The notes: generated from the sequence alone by a model not told the origin. DNA of 63,766 nt from Paraspadella gotoi (GCA_051294375.1 CM119270.1:1393876-1457641), one strand, 5' to 3'; positions 40,686 to 54,554 are shown, counted from the first letter of the stretch. A program made the numbers and translations.

Positions 40686-42022
40686 AACGACATCGAAAGA
40701 GAGAGAGAGAGAGAGATTGGGCCGCTGTTTTTTTGCTTGCCTTCTTGGCAAAAGCATATAGAATCAGTAGTAGATTTACATGAAGAATTAAACAAGAAGT
40801 AAAACCCGCTAAAACCTCGAGGACTTTATTTTTTATGTATTTTCTTCTGTCGTCGTCGTCGTCGTCATCGTCGTCGTCGTTGTTGTTTTTTCACGCGATC
40901 TTCATTCTGATGTCATGGAAGAATATTTGTTTATATTTGTTTAATTTTTGTTCGAATGTTTATTTATCCTCTCGTGTCCTCTCATCGCTGGACTTATTTT
41001 CTTTTGTTTATTGACAAATAATTTAGTTGCGACTCTATTCATTCGTTATTAATTGATCGTTATTTATTATTCGTTGCATTTCGTTTTCATAAGTTGGTAA
41101 TAATAAGAAATTCTTCTATCTTTCTTTCCTAATTTTCTCTTCGTTTTTTTTTTACATTCTGTATCACTTTACTGATTAAAGTATCTCGTATTTGACATTA
41201 AAATCTCATTACATTTGAAACTAAAATCGCCGCAGAATCATCGACGTCGTCGTCGTCGTCGTCGTCGTTGTTCTCGTCTTCATTGGCTTCTTTTCATCGT
41301 CGTCGTCGTCGTCGTCGTCGTCATCATCGTCGTCACCGTCAAGTGTCAAACTTGGCACTTCGATCCTAAATGGCAGAGTTTAGCTGAAAATCATAACCGA
41401 AAACGACGACGAAGACGACGATGCTTCGCACGCCTTTAATCTCATTTGCATATTGCAGAAAAAATATCTTGTAAAGTGTTGATATGATAGCTTATTATTC
41501 AGTACTACTATTTACTATTTTACTGTTTTTTACTGTTTTAATAGAGGTATTTTAATTAACTAACCGACCAGTGTCTACTTATTGATAAATAACTTTGAAA
41601 TTTAATTATACTCGGTCTGAACCGGCATTTGCATAATAGTAAAATCTGAGAAGCTTAGACTTTACGAGCGTGAAATAGAAAAGATATTTCACACTATATT
41701 CAACTTACTAATATTGTTTTCTTTATGAACATATTATCTTACTAATATTTTAATTATACATATACATGGCAAAGATGCGGAGAAAGAACATGTCAGATCG
41801 AGAGAGATAGCGAGTGAAAGAGAGGGAGAAAGAGAGAGAGAGAGAGAGAGAGAGANNNNNNNNNNNNNNNNNNNNNNNNNNNNNNNNNNNNNNNNNNNNN
41901 NNNNNNNNNNNNNNNNNNNNNNNNNNNNNNNNNNNNNNNNNNNNNNNNNNNNNNNNNNNNNNNNNNNNNNNNNNNNNNNNNNNNNNNNNNNNNNNNNNNN
42001 NNNNNNNNNNNNNNNNNNNNNN

Positions 42023-42057
<35 letters not shown>

Positions 42058-42486
42058 TAATAGGGGGAAGAGAAAAAGGGTTAAAAAATGACGAAGTGAG
42101 CAGAATTAAAAAAGAAAAAATAGGAAAAATATAGCTAAAAATAGAATGATTAAAAATTGTGAAACAAATGTTTTCAATAATTTTGTTCAGATCAAAACTA
42201 AAGACATGGAGAAAAGAAAATGGGAAAGAGTAAGGAAATTCTTTTGGCGAAGGAAAATAAAAAAAAGAAAGAAAAAAGAAAATAAAAAGAAAAGAAAAAG
42301 AAATGAAAATGAAAAGAAAGAAAAAGGAAAGAAAAAGAAAAGAAAAAGAAAAGAAAAAGAAAAGAAAAAGAAAAGAAAAAGAAAAGAAAAAGAAAAGAAA
42401 AAGAAAAGAAAAAGAAAAGAATGAAAAAAAATGAGGCAGACGAATCACGAGGAGACGAGAAAAGAATTTCTCCTCCACGAAATGAT

Positions 42487-42523
<37 letters not shown>

Positions 42524-44329
42524 NNNNNNNNNNNNNNNNNNNNNNNNNNNNNNNNNNNNNNNNNNNNNNNNNNNNNNNNNNNNNNNNNNNNNNNNNNNNN
42601 NNNNNNNNNNNNNNNNNNNNNNNNNNNNNNNNNNNNNNNNNNNNNNNNNNNNNNNNNNNNNNNNNNNNNNNNNNNNNNNNNNNNNNNNNNNNNNNNNNNN
42701 NNNNNNNNNNNNNNNNNNNNNNNNNNNNNNNNNNNNNNNNNNNNNNNNNNAGAGAATTTTTCTTATTTTGGCTTTTCAGTGTCAAGCTTCGTGTCTCTTG
42801 TGACGAATTCGCGTCAAGATTTTTTTTGTGATGANNNNNNNNNNNNNNNNNNNNNNNNNNNNNNNNNNNNNNNNNNNNNNNNNNNNNNNNNNNNNNNNNN
42901 NNNNNNNNNNNNNNNNNNNNNNNNNNNNNNNNNNNNNNNNNNNNNNNNNNNNNNNNNNNNNNNNNNNNNNNNNNNNNNNNNNNNNNNNNNNNNNNNNNNN
43001 NNNNNNNNNNNNNNNNNNNNNNNTCCCTCCAACAGAAGAAAACGTTGCTTAAAATCCACCAACCGTTCACAGCGGTCATTGGTGCCAAGCAATCAAGAGG
43101 GACGGGGCGCTTCACCCGCCTGTAACATGGAATTACAGTCTGATTAGGAGCTCAAGAACTTTTTATATTTTTATGACTAACTCATTACAATTATTCTTGC
43201 CTTTTCAACAAAAAACAAATTAATTCAAAATGATGATATTTCACTTTTCTCTTCCCTTTTTTTCCTCNNNNNNNNNNNNNNNNNNNNNNNNNTTATTGGA
43301 GAGGAGAAATGGGAGGAGGGAAGAGGGGGGGAAGGAAAGAAGGGGGGAAAAGGGGAAAGAGGGGAAAGGGGGATAGAGGGGGAGGGAATGAGGGGGAAGA
43401 GAAAAAGGGGTGAAAGGGAAGAGGGGAAAAGGGGAAAGAGGGGGAAGGGAATGAGAAAATAAGGGAAGGAGAAATATGTGAATATCATCATTTTGAATTA
43501 AATGTATGTTTTTTGTTGAATAGCTAAGTGGTTGCGGGTTTTCTCTCATCAAAACAAAGCTATAAGGGTTAAGCAGTCCAATTGATAAGTTCCATTGTAG
43601 TAATCAAGACGCGATTCACTTTGAATTATTAAACGTATATAGAAAACATAAGGACAAACGTCAATAAAGCGAAGACAACATGAAGAAGACGAGGACAACT
43701 GAATACAAGGCCGTAATGGGGGGAAAACCCCAAAAAAATACGGCTATAAATTTTCCTAGAAGAAAGGAAAAAAATTTTTAAGAAAAAAAAGTTATTCAAT
43801 TCACAATATTCAAATAGTTCAACCAAATATTACTCTGGTTGCATCATATAATCAAATGAAAAACTTAGTTTCAATAAGTTAGATCTCTTAAATACTACTT
43901 TTGACGCAATAAGAAGATAGAATTAAGGTTGGGAAAAATAGGAAACTTTAAACCAATAGGAAAGCAGGAATTATGTAAATCACACGATTTTGACTTAAAT
44001 ATAGGTTGTTTCCTTGATTCGAAGGAAGAGTTAAACTCAGATAAATCATTAAAATACTTAACAATACCGGCTGTTGCAAAGTGCAACATTTATGGTTTTG
44101 TTTAAAAGGCAATTTGGGGACAGGCGGATCAACATTCGATTCCAGAAAACAAAGAACAGTAGAATGTCGGTTACCATAAAAACGTTCATTAAATGAATTT
44201 CTTTAAAACAAAGCTTCGGAGAAATAAAAGGTAAATAAAAACGTGCAAGTAATTTTTACAAGTTATTTACAATAAAAACATTGTAAACGACAATTTATCA
44301 CTTTAACTTCTCTGGATAATTCTGCAAGT

Positions 44330-47300
44330 CTTCATTGGGTCGGATTTGCTTATTTCAAGCGAACTTATCTTTGGTTTCGTGATCTAAACAATTCTCTTAG
44401 GGGTATATCGTGATCGTACGCGACGAACATGGGGTTGCCGTCGGAATGTCAGGCGTGAATATACCTGGAGCGTACCATGTGTCTCGCGGGTGAATATGTA
44501 TATCAGTGGAGAATTAATCGTTGTCACTCGCAGTTCGCTGTAGATGTACGTCGCATGTTTGTGCGCTGTTGAAGGTCGTAATGTATTCGGTTCGCCAATC
44601 GTTTTGCCAAAGCCGAGTTAGCAAGGCTATAAGACTGGACTTCCAAGCTGTATGGACGTTGTTTCTTCACATTGGGAAGGGAGGGTCGGCGGATATGCTG
44701 ACCAACCGGGGAAAGGGATATTTCAGGGGTAAGAGGACGGGGGATGTCAGCGAGGGGGTTCAATTGGAAGACGTGGGATAAGAGGGCGTCGATTAATAAT
44801 GTTTTCTGTCATAGTAATCATGTTTCAAAATATTTATAGTGCTCCTTTTATCCAATATGAACGTGAAGAGTCTTCTTGACGTGCGGATAGGCGTTCGAGC
44901 TGCTCCAATGGTGATTGAATTGCTGGAGGGTTGAATCGCCATTCCAACCTTTTTTCTAGTTTTACTGGTAAGTTCTTGTGTTGTAGCTTTGAAGCAGCTT
45001 TAAGCTCTCTATCTGCGTTTAAAAATTCGTAGGCATTATTCGTATAAAGGGAATGCGTAAACCGTGACGGCGTGCTGGAATCGTGAAAGGAGAGATTTAT
45101 AGAAACATGATGTGAATATTTTTTACATTCAATAAGAGTTCTCATCCGGAGGCAAGTAAATACCGAATGCCTCTTTTTTGGGCTGTCTACGATAGTTTAA
45201 CATTTAAAGGGCAGAAGTCAAACGCCTGAAGCTTCAATGGGTTAAGTGTTTCCAATCTTATTGCAGGATGAGTGGCGATTCCGTTCTGCTTTCTCTGGGC
45301 TGCGCATGACGACGATTGACAAGGCACACAGTTTTCGGAATAATTTTTCTTCGTGTTTTGACGGTCCAGATAAGATCAATAGTTTTTGTCTTAGATTGAG
45401 CATGGAAGTTGTTCTGGCTGTCCGGCGTGTGTTCTTTATAATGAGTAATTCTAAACTTCTAACTGAGGTGACTTGCTGGAGGGGATCGCGGGATGGCGAG
45501 TTCTCGTAACGTCATTTGCTCGAGTGAGTCGGAACTCCAGACACGGAGAATGCCGTCGGTCGCGTCGATGAACGGATTCTACATCTCGAATGGGAGAAAC
45601 TTTAGAGCGTATTACTTGTACAGACGTCAGCGGTCACGATGCTTATGATTCTTAAGAAATTTAATTATTTCAAAGGCTCACTTTGTATTATTTTAAATTG
45701 CTTTTTCTGGCTAAATTTGTTTTCTGTATTCTGCTAAATTTTGCTTTTGTCGCGATTTTTATTTCTTAGGTTAGCATAGCGTAAGAATTTTGATAAATAA
45801 TATATAAAAACAAATTTGAACCCATTGAGATAAGTTAGAGTGAATATTTTGTCTTAAAAATGTCGTTAATCTAAAGTATAGTTTGTAATAGTTTTAATAC
45901 GATTAATCTCTATTTAATTTGTATGATTACATTGAAATCTCCGATACTTGGTGTCGGCATTTTCGGGGGCCATTTTAGCAAAGAAGGCGGGACCGTTGAT
46001 GGAAAAGACAACGGTTCGATTTCCGCGGAGGATGCTCGGGAACAAATATCGGCGGGGTTTTGAATCTGTAGGAACGTAATGCATTGCGGGGAGGGGACAC
46101 TCATGGGATTTTGCTAATGGCTGTAATTGCAAAGAAAGCTTAAAACAGTGTAACATTTTGTGGTATTTGTTTTAGATACGCACATGCATAATCAAAAATA
46201 AACTTGATTAAATACTACTTGTTCACTTTTCCTGAGCAAACAAATTTATAATATTTCAGTTGAAATTTACTAGCAAGGCGGTTATTCTAACGTAGGGGAT
46301 GATCTCTTTAGAACACAACAACGGTACGTTGTGATATGGAGAAGTCGTGATTAATTGTAATAAAAATTTGAAAAGACATGAATTTTTGTTAGGTAGTTTA
46401 ACGTCGTTCTTTAGAGAATAGAGACATGACCTTTAATGGATGATTGGATTAAAATCTTGACTACAAATTAATGGTAACGCCTCCTGGGGAAAAATTCAGG
46501 TAAAAAATCTATATGTGAATACTACTCGATTACGATCATGTTGGCATCTTCAAGGAGCTGGCATTTTTTATTCTCTTTTGACAATAACCATCATTTTGAA
46601 TCAAACTATCAGATTCAATGACTGGTAATGGCTCGGCGGAAATAATTTTGATCGAGCATTTTTTTATAATTAGCGAATAAAAGGGGATTTTCACTCAATA
46701 CAAAGTGTACGAGCATTTACATAGGTGATTGTTGACTTTTACATAAACTTATTCAAAGTTAGGATCCGATAGCAATGTTGAAGGCTAAAATTTTTATCTT
46801 TTTTACATTGTTTATGAAGTGGTTATTGTTGGATATGATAAGATTGGGAAAGTGAAATTAAGTCATTTTGGTGTAAACTTTTTATTTAGAGTAAAAGTAA
46901 AGAGGAGTAAGAGATCGAATGTCTAAGAGGTTTTCAAACGCGGTGGAGTTTCAGATAGCGGGAAAAATCTTTCTAATGCGGCCGAGAAAAAAAATCTACT
47001 TACCAAAGAAGGGGTAAGGGATTTTCCGAAGGATTTTGGTTAATATTTTCTAATAATATTAAGGTAGGATTTTTTGAAACTTATATTACAATAATTAGTA
47101 TCATCTGAAACATTGGTGGTTAGAAAGAAGTATATTAAAAAACATGCTGAGATTTGTTCGTCAGAGCTTTAGTCATAATTTTGTCAAAAATATTAGCAAA
47201 CGTGAAAGATAAGCGAGGCGCATGGTATCGCGTCTGTGAAGCATCTGAGAAGATGAAGTTCAATTGACCTTATTTCTCACTAGTTCTGAATGAACTTATA

Positions 47301-49400
47301 TCACAAGGGAAGGAGTATGGGAGGTTTAATTTCAAGAGGTTGATGTGGCTATCAAAGAGGGAGAAGAAGTTTGTACATCCGGCAATGAGCGGGATGGTTA
47401 TACCAAGTAGCTTGAGGGCCAGATGACATTATCTGGTAATAACTTTTTTGCTATTGGAAGATAGGGGCTTAGCGAATCACTAGTGGAATTATAAAATATA
47501 GAGGACAGTGAGGGATAAGAATTGAGCGTTTGTCTTATATCTTTTCCCATCTCGTATTAAATTCTAATTAGAGAATTCTAAAACAATCATTACCAAAATC
47601 AAAGGGACTCCAAGGGTTGATCTGTAACGATTCGCAGCGTTTCCAGCAAATATCTCATAAGCTGGTCGGAGTACGTGCGCTGTTCGATGTGAAGATGCCA
47701 ATTCTCCTGACTGTTGGTCTTCCATTGGACAAACGAGGGGAGGGAACTCCATTTTTAGAAGGAGTTCGTCAACACTGATCTTTAATTGCTTAGCAAAGGA
47801 ACATATAAAGGAGCATTTTCGTCATATGTCTACATAAAACATTTCTTAAAAATATTTCAAATTGTTTCTAAATATAAAAAGGCTTATTATTTTAGCGTGG
47901 TATTAGGTAAAAGCAACGTTATAGCTATAGCACTGAGGGGGCTGTTCAAAAACATTAATGTTAATATCTATACGCATTATTAATCTCCTATTTATTTTGT
48001 CTTTCAAAAACAAAATCGTTGAGGTTAAGATCTTTTCGCGTCGATGACAAATCTGGTTAGTAAAGATGCTTTAATATCTCCATTAAAAAGAATAAGGGGG
48101 AAAATTCCGTTAGCGAAATCGTGTGAGAATACAATGCAAGATTATTAGTTAAGTCGAGGACTGGAAGAAGTGCAGAAAAGTTTAAGTGAAGAATCCTTTT
48201 GACATCAAGCTTTTGCAGTCATGGAATAACTCTTACTTATTGCTGGCTTCTCAAGCTTTGATACAAATGATGCATAAGGCATGATCCAAAATTGGTCGTC
48301 GTTTAAATTCTTCTTGGATTTTCAATCACGTTGCAGAGCCTATTTAATCCATTATATTCCATGTCAAGTACAGATTATCCATTCAAGGGTCTTTTTCCAA
48401 GTTTGGTGGAGTCTTTTTAGGGCATCGGAGGCAATTACTAGAAGAGACTGAAAGGAGATTCAAACTTTTCATCGGGGCCTCGCTCTGCTTTCTTTAACAA
48501 GCAGTCAACTTGATATTTTCCGGTCAATAAATTGAATTGATTCATTTAAAAATTAATTACTTTTATATTCGGGAATAAACCATCTATTTCGGAATGGATT
48601 GTCATTGAAATATGACTAAAGAAAGATTTTACATGATTAATAGTTTCTGTGTTGCGCTGCATATGCATTGGCTGGAGACTCCTCGTGTTGGGACGTACGA
48701 CATGTGGGACAGGCGATTGCCCCATCCCATTTAGTTTGGAAAGCAATAAGGGGAAAATTGCCACACGGGGTATCGCGTCGGAGGACGGCATACAAGGATT
48801 GGATGGTGATCTGATACCTATAATTAAATCATATTGAACTTTTTTTCTTACTTGATCCCTTTAAGATGTTCATAGGAGTGCATTATTCTGATTGAGTTGG
48901 GAGTGTACGTTTCCGTTGAGGAGAATATCAGCAATATGACGTCAGAAGGTCTTCTGAATGGATCATTTTTCAAAGAATTAATTGTAAATTTTAGTAATGC
49001 GATTTTTCATTTTAACTAAATTAAAGTAGAAACCTGCATAATTTCTCATTAGTGGAGAATTAAATAAATTAATACTCTTTTGAACAATCACGTCGATTAC
49101 TTTCAGTATCACAAGGCATAGAATATTTCTACTTTTAGTCATTTGTAAGTTACTTAACATGCAAAATAGGGAAAAATAATTTTGTGAAGAAGAAACTCGT
49201 CGTCGCGCTTTTGAACGTTCGCGTCGTTGCTTGCTGGTTGAGGCAAGACCTGAAGGAGCAGCTGGAAGATCGATGGAGGGAAGATGCAATGGGTTTCTAA
49301 TTTTAACATTTTTCACAAATATATTTGAACGACAATTTGGGAACATCATATGACATATCAAAACCAATCGGAAACATAATTATTTTCTTTTAAAGTTGAA
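44330..49400 (-). mobile_element. Degenerate BEL/Pao LTR retrotransposon, internal gag-pol region
   Basis: Motifs in BEL order on the minus strand: gag Cys/His remnant (~49280-49365); RT W.MP..V...KP..VRVIHD (~48215-48290), DLTNNL..ILTRFR, FYVD (47828-47839), QWKTNS, TLGV..D..DCF, TKRSILS; RNase H IELH.FSDAS (47237-47264) and HYVPT..NPADICSR (~46040-46085); NPFIDATDGILRV (~45540-45580); integrase FTCL, ADREL, LEWRFNPP, IINRRPL (~44781-44800); DUF5641-like tail and PRDTW. Many stops and frameshifts. No LTR pair located by eye. Confidence 0.9.
46505..47200 (-). mobile_element. ~0.7 kb insertion inside BEL RNase H, possibly a LINE ORF1/ORF2-start fragment
   Basis: BEL homology stops after FSDAS...AYL (~47200) and resumes at FPGGVTI...PIKGHVSI (~46500-46415). 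The insert encodes ITYVNARTL (46703-46729) and ESDSLIQNDGY...HDRNR, similar to the N-terminus of a LINE AP endonuclease. Confidence 0.4.
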
Positions 49401-49974
49401 ATTTTTCTTATCATGAGTTATTCAATAAATTTTTTACACTTACTTAATTGGTGAAAGACTCTTCACATAATTTACATTTCTTAAATATATCGTTATGTAA
49501 GCTTATTTGACTTGATTTTTATAACCTGAAGATAAGAGTTTGTATTTCCTGTACCCGCAATGCTGTACGCCGAGCTTTACGTCGCGGGTTTCTCGTCTTC
49601 TTAACGTTTAAACCTGAGCTTTTGAAAAGGGAGAAATCCTTAGCATTTTTACGTGACATCTAAAAGTCAAAAAGAGTTTGAAAATCAAGACACATCCTTT
49701 TTCTATTGCAAATTTATAATGATATCTATCCAGTGCATGTTTCGAACATGAGGATTGCTTCCAATAAAAATAAAAGGAGGCAATAATTCTCGGGGATGAA
49801 CGATTGGAATCGTTAGTCGAGAACGACGGCTGCCGCTGCCGCCGCTACGGCTGTCACCTCTGTCGCTGCGGCCGCCGCTGCTGCCCGCGACTCTGCCGCT
49901 TCGGCTGCCGCTGCTGCAGTCACCGCTGATAGCGTCAAGACTCTAATGTTATTGTAGCTATAATTAAAAAAAAT

Positions 49975-50234
49975 GAGGAAAGGAAAGAAGGAAATAGAGA
50001 AACCAGGAAGGGAGGAAAGAAAAGAAGAAAATAGAGAAATCAGGAAGGGAGGAAAGGAAAGAAGATAGAGAAATAGGGAAGGGAGGAAAGGAGAGAAGGA
50101 AATACAGAAATCGGGAAGGGAGGAAAGAAGAGAAGGAAATAGAGAAATCAGGAAGGGAGGAAAGGAAAAAAAATAGAGAAATCAGGAAGGGAGGAAAGGA
50201 AAGAAGGAAACAGAGAAATCAGGAAGGGAGGAAA
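49975..50234. repeat. ~37-bp purine-rich minisatellite, ~7 copies
   Basis: AAATAGAGAAATCAGGAAGGGAGGAAAGGAAAGAAG units. Confidence 0.9.
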
Positions 50235-50521
50235 CTATAAAAGAAATGGAGAAAGAAAGAGAGGGAAAAAAATAGGACATATTTATTGCGGAGGGAAAAT
50301 GTTCGAAGAAAAGTTCGAATGTGATTTTGCAGACATTTAACAATTTCAACATAGGGAACTTAAGGTAACATGAGACAGTTAATTGAAGAATATCTTCCCA
50401 AGATTTGTATAGTATACAATGTATACAATGTATAAAATGTATACAATGTATACTGTATGTATAGTTTATGTATAGTGTAATGTATACACTATGCACGGAC
50501 GTTAAGACGTTATGCTTGTTT

Positions 50522-50594
<73 letters not shown>

Positions 50595-51315
50595 TTTCAT
50601 TGTCGTTTTTAATCGCCGTCGTCACCCGTCCATGATGACAGGGACGGCATAGATGTGGCAAAATGGCACATAATTATCGCTAAAATGGCACCGACCGTTC
50701 GAACGGCGCGTCAATGTGGCGAAAATGGACAAATTTATGTAGCCGCGAAAAAAAAATGCACGCGTAACAAACCAGATGGCGCCGGCGTACTGAATCGAGA
50801 AATATTTCACTGGTATGTTAGAAAGCGGGGCGGGAGGCGGAGTAGGATTGTTTAAGGTAAATGTCGAAGAGTTGCGGGGGTAAGTCTTAGTAAGGCGTTC
50901 AAGTTCGCCGCTGCTGAAATGGTTGGGAGTTGGACGCGACAAAAATCAGATTTTATCGCCACTAAACAAAGATCGTCGCCGTGGGCACGCGAGAGAGAGA
51001 GACGACGAGGAGAAGAGAGAGAGAGACGAGGAGAAGAAGAGAGAACGAAGCAGCGAGAGAGAGAGAGAGAGCAATATAGTCTTCCTCGCGGATCGAGAAG
51101 CCTAGAGGCGGAAAGGCGATTGCGCGACAAGCAAATACATAATGGCGCTCACGGCGAGAGAAGAGAGAGAGAGAGAGAGTAAGAGAGAGAGGAGAGAGAA
51201 GAGAGAGAGATAGAGCAGAGATAGAGAGAGACAGAGAGACGCGGGTGGTAATGATGAAACTTATTAGGCAGCGCTTTCTCTCTTGCTCCTTGCTCTATTT
51301 TTTTATTCAATCTCC

Positions 51316-51352
<37 letters not shown>

Positions 51353-53571
51353 CTCTCTCTCCATCTCTCTCTCGTCTCTGCGCTCTTCTGCCGCTAATCC
51401 CTCTCCCTCTCCTTCTCTCCCTCTCCCTCTTCCCTCTCCCTCCCTCCCTCCCGGCTCTCGCTGTGCGCCAAAGGATTTATATCACATGAGGCTCGCTCGC
51501 TCTCTGGTCTCGCTCTCTGCGCCGGTGGGCAGGAATCGGCCAAATGATGATAGAGGAAGAAGATGTAGGGAGGAGGACCAGTACCAGATGGAAAATAGAT
51601 AAAGTCGAGTTCTCGAAAGAGAGGAGGAGGGGGAGGATCGGGGAGAGAGGCGGGAGGAGAGAGGAGGCATGCGGAGGCGGTACAGCGAGAGTAAGAAGAA
51701 TAGGAAAACAAGCGCAGGTTAGTAGAACGATAACCTGCAGGGCGGCTCCGGTGGGAACGGACTAAGCGACATTGAATTAACAATTGACATGACACAATAA
51801 TTATGAAGGTTATAATTCATTGTTTGAATATTTTTATTTAAAACTATTTAAAGATTAAATTCAATCGAACACTATGATGAGATGTCTTAGATATGACTAA
51901 GCTGTACGATTGTCTCTAACGCTGTGATAGCCATTTAGAGGCGGGCGTAGGCCTGCCTTCTTTTGTTGACTTTTTATTAACAACGAATTGAAAAATTCCC
52001 TCAAATCGCGAGACATTAATCAAACCCCCTTAACATTCTCCTTTTCTTTTAGTAATGAAAACAAACCCCGAAAGCATACAACTTTTTCAATCGCTCCCAA
52101 CTTCTCTTCCTTCTGGTATTGCTCGCTAATTTACTCCGAACCGGAGAAAGATGCGAGGCCGCCTGCCCGCATACGAAGGGCTTGTGTGGATTAACGGAGC
52201 CAGAAAGCTCTTTTAGTTATCGCAGCGAAAACCAAACTCGATCGGTTCGATCCCCGTAATCAGGAGACTAGAACACGCCTCGCACCACAGCAGTGGGGCT
52301 AACAGTTGGAGGGAGAGAGCGGACGGAGAGAAGAGAAGAGAGAGAGAAGAAGAGGAGAAGCAGGGGAGAGACGGAGAGGGGAAGAAGAGAGGAGAGGAGA
52401 GAGAGACTCTGTCTCCGGCAAAGAGAAGGAAAGCAATTCTGTCCGCCCACCCTTAAATGGCCTCAGAGTGCTGATTCACCATCTCCCCTCTCCCTCTCTC
52501 CTCTGTCGTTCTCTCTCGCTCTCTTCTCCTCTCGCTCCTATGAGAAACAATTCCTGCGAGTAGAAACATCGAATTATGGATCTGGAAGATAGGGCCGAGG
52601 GCAGAAGGAGGAGGAGGTGGAAGAGAGCGAAAAGAATGCGAGAGGGTAGAGAAAGGAGGAATGGAAGAGAGGTGAGAAAGAAGGCGAGGAGAGGAGGAAG
52701 AGGAGGAGGTAGGAAGCAAGGCGATCTCTCCTTGTGTGTGTGTGTNNNNNNNNNNNNNNNNNNNNNNNNNNNNNNNNNNNNNNNNNNNNNNNNNNNNNNN
52801 NNNNNNNNNNNNNNNNNNNNNNNNNNNNNNNNNNNNNNNNNNNNNNNNNNNNNNNNNNNNNNNNNNNNNNNNNNNNNNNNNNNNNNNNNNNNNNNNNNNN
52901 NNNNNNNNNNNNNNNNNNNNNNNNNNNNNNNNNNNNNNNNNNNNNNNNNNNNNNNNNNNNNNNNNNNNNNNNNNNNNNNNNNNNNNNNNNNNNNNNNNNN
53001 NNNNNNNNNNNNNNNNNNNNNNNNNNNNNNNNNNNNNNNNNNNNNNNNNNNNNNNNNNNNNNNNNNNNNNNNNNNNNNNNNNNNNNNNNNNNNNNNNNNN
53101 NNNNNNNNNNNNNNNNNNNNNNNNNNNNNNNNNNNNNNNNNNNNNNNNNNNNNNNNNNNNNNNNNNNNNNNNNNNNNNNNNNNNNNNNNNNNNNNNNNNN
53201 NNNNNNNNNNNNNNNNNNNNNNNNNNNNNNNNNNNNNNNNNNNNNNNNNNNNNNNNNNNNNNNNNNNNNNNNNNNNNNNNNNNNNNNNNNNNNNNNNNNN
53301 NNNNNNNNNNNNNNNNNNNNNNNNNNNNNNNNNNNNNNNNNNNNNNNNNNNNNNNNNNNNNNNNNNNNNNNNNNNNNNNNNNNNNNNNNNNNNNNNNNNN
53401 NNNNNNNNNNNNNNNNNNNNNNNNNNNNNNNNNNNNNNNNNNNNNNNNNNNNNNNNNNNNNNNNNNNNNNNNNNNNNNNNNNNNNNNNNNNNNNNNNNNN
53501 NNNNNNNNNNNNNNNNNNNNNNNNNNNNNNNNNNNNNNNNNNNNNNNNNNNNNNNNNNNNNNNNNNNNAAA

Positions 53572-53602
<31 letters not shown>

Positions 53603-53995
53603 ATGAACTAACTAATATTTTTTATATTTTTCTCAGGTTTTTTAAAATTTAGATTAAAAACAAAAACAATATTAACAAAACTTAAAAACAGTAATGCTAC
53701 AACAGTAACAGTAAATCATTAAATGAATATTTAATGAATAAATTTCATAATAAAGTTCATCAAGAAATTTCGTAAATAATGAGTTTGTTTTTTGGTTGTA
53801 CTCTATCTCTCTNNNNNNNNNNNNNNNNNNNNNNNNNNNNNNNNNNNNNNNNNNNNNNNNNNNNNNNNNNNNNNNNNNNNNNNNNNNNNNNNNNNNNNNN
53901 NNNNNNNNNNNNNNNNNNNNNNNNNNNNNNNNNNNNNNNNNNNNNNNNNNNNNNNNNNNNNNNNNNNNNNNNNNNNNNNNNNNNNNNNNNNNNNN

Positions 53996-54028
<33 letters not shown>

Positions 54029-54554
54029 TTTTTCCCTTATCCTCCCTCTCCTTTCTCCGGCGCAGGAAGAAGCTTAAAAGCAAATCAATATTCACCGCAA
54101 CCAAGCGAGATGCAAGCGGCGACCAAGCGAGGGACCAATCACAGATGGGGGAGAACCTCAGAAAATCCAAAAAATGCTGGTTACGTCAATAATAAATATA
54201 TCTTTAACTACAAAAATATAAATGTATGTAAATTATTTAAAAAAAAGAAAACAATAAACATTAAACAACTCGCCAAGACAATAAAATCTTAATTAAAATT
54301 ATAATAGTATATAGATATTAAATGGATACTAAATCTTAAAAAAGTATTATTCGGGAGTAATTTAATCAAATCACGTTTAATTATGACTAACAAAACCAAA
54401 TCTTTCTCCTGGCGGCGGGGGCTGCGGTCGGCGGCGGCGGCTGCGGCGGCGGCGGCGGAGGCGGAGGCGGCTGCGGCGGCTGCGGCGTATGCAAGGACAG
54501 GGATGAACGAATGTAAATTCTTGTGCGGAGACACGAGAGTTTCGGTTCCGGCCA

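Noticed and set aside
43900-44330. Possible 3' LTR of the BEL element
   Set aside because: No matching copy found beyond 49400 and no clear TG...CA boundaries or polypurine tract.
49826-49957. Ala-rich antifreeze-like peptide (AAAAAATAVTSVAAAAAARDSAASAAAAAV)
   Set aside because: No start or splice support; it fits a decayed (GCC/GCT)n tract like those at 38690 and 54430.
52200-52265. B-box-like GGTTCGATCCCC suggesting a tRNA or SINE
   Set aside because: No cloverleaf, acceptor stem or properly spaced A-box.
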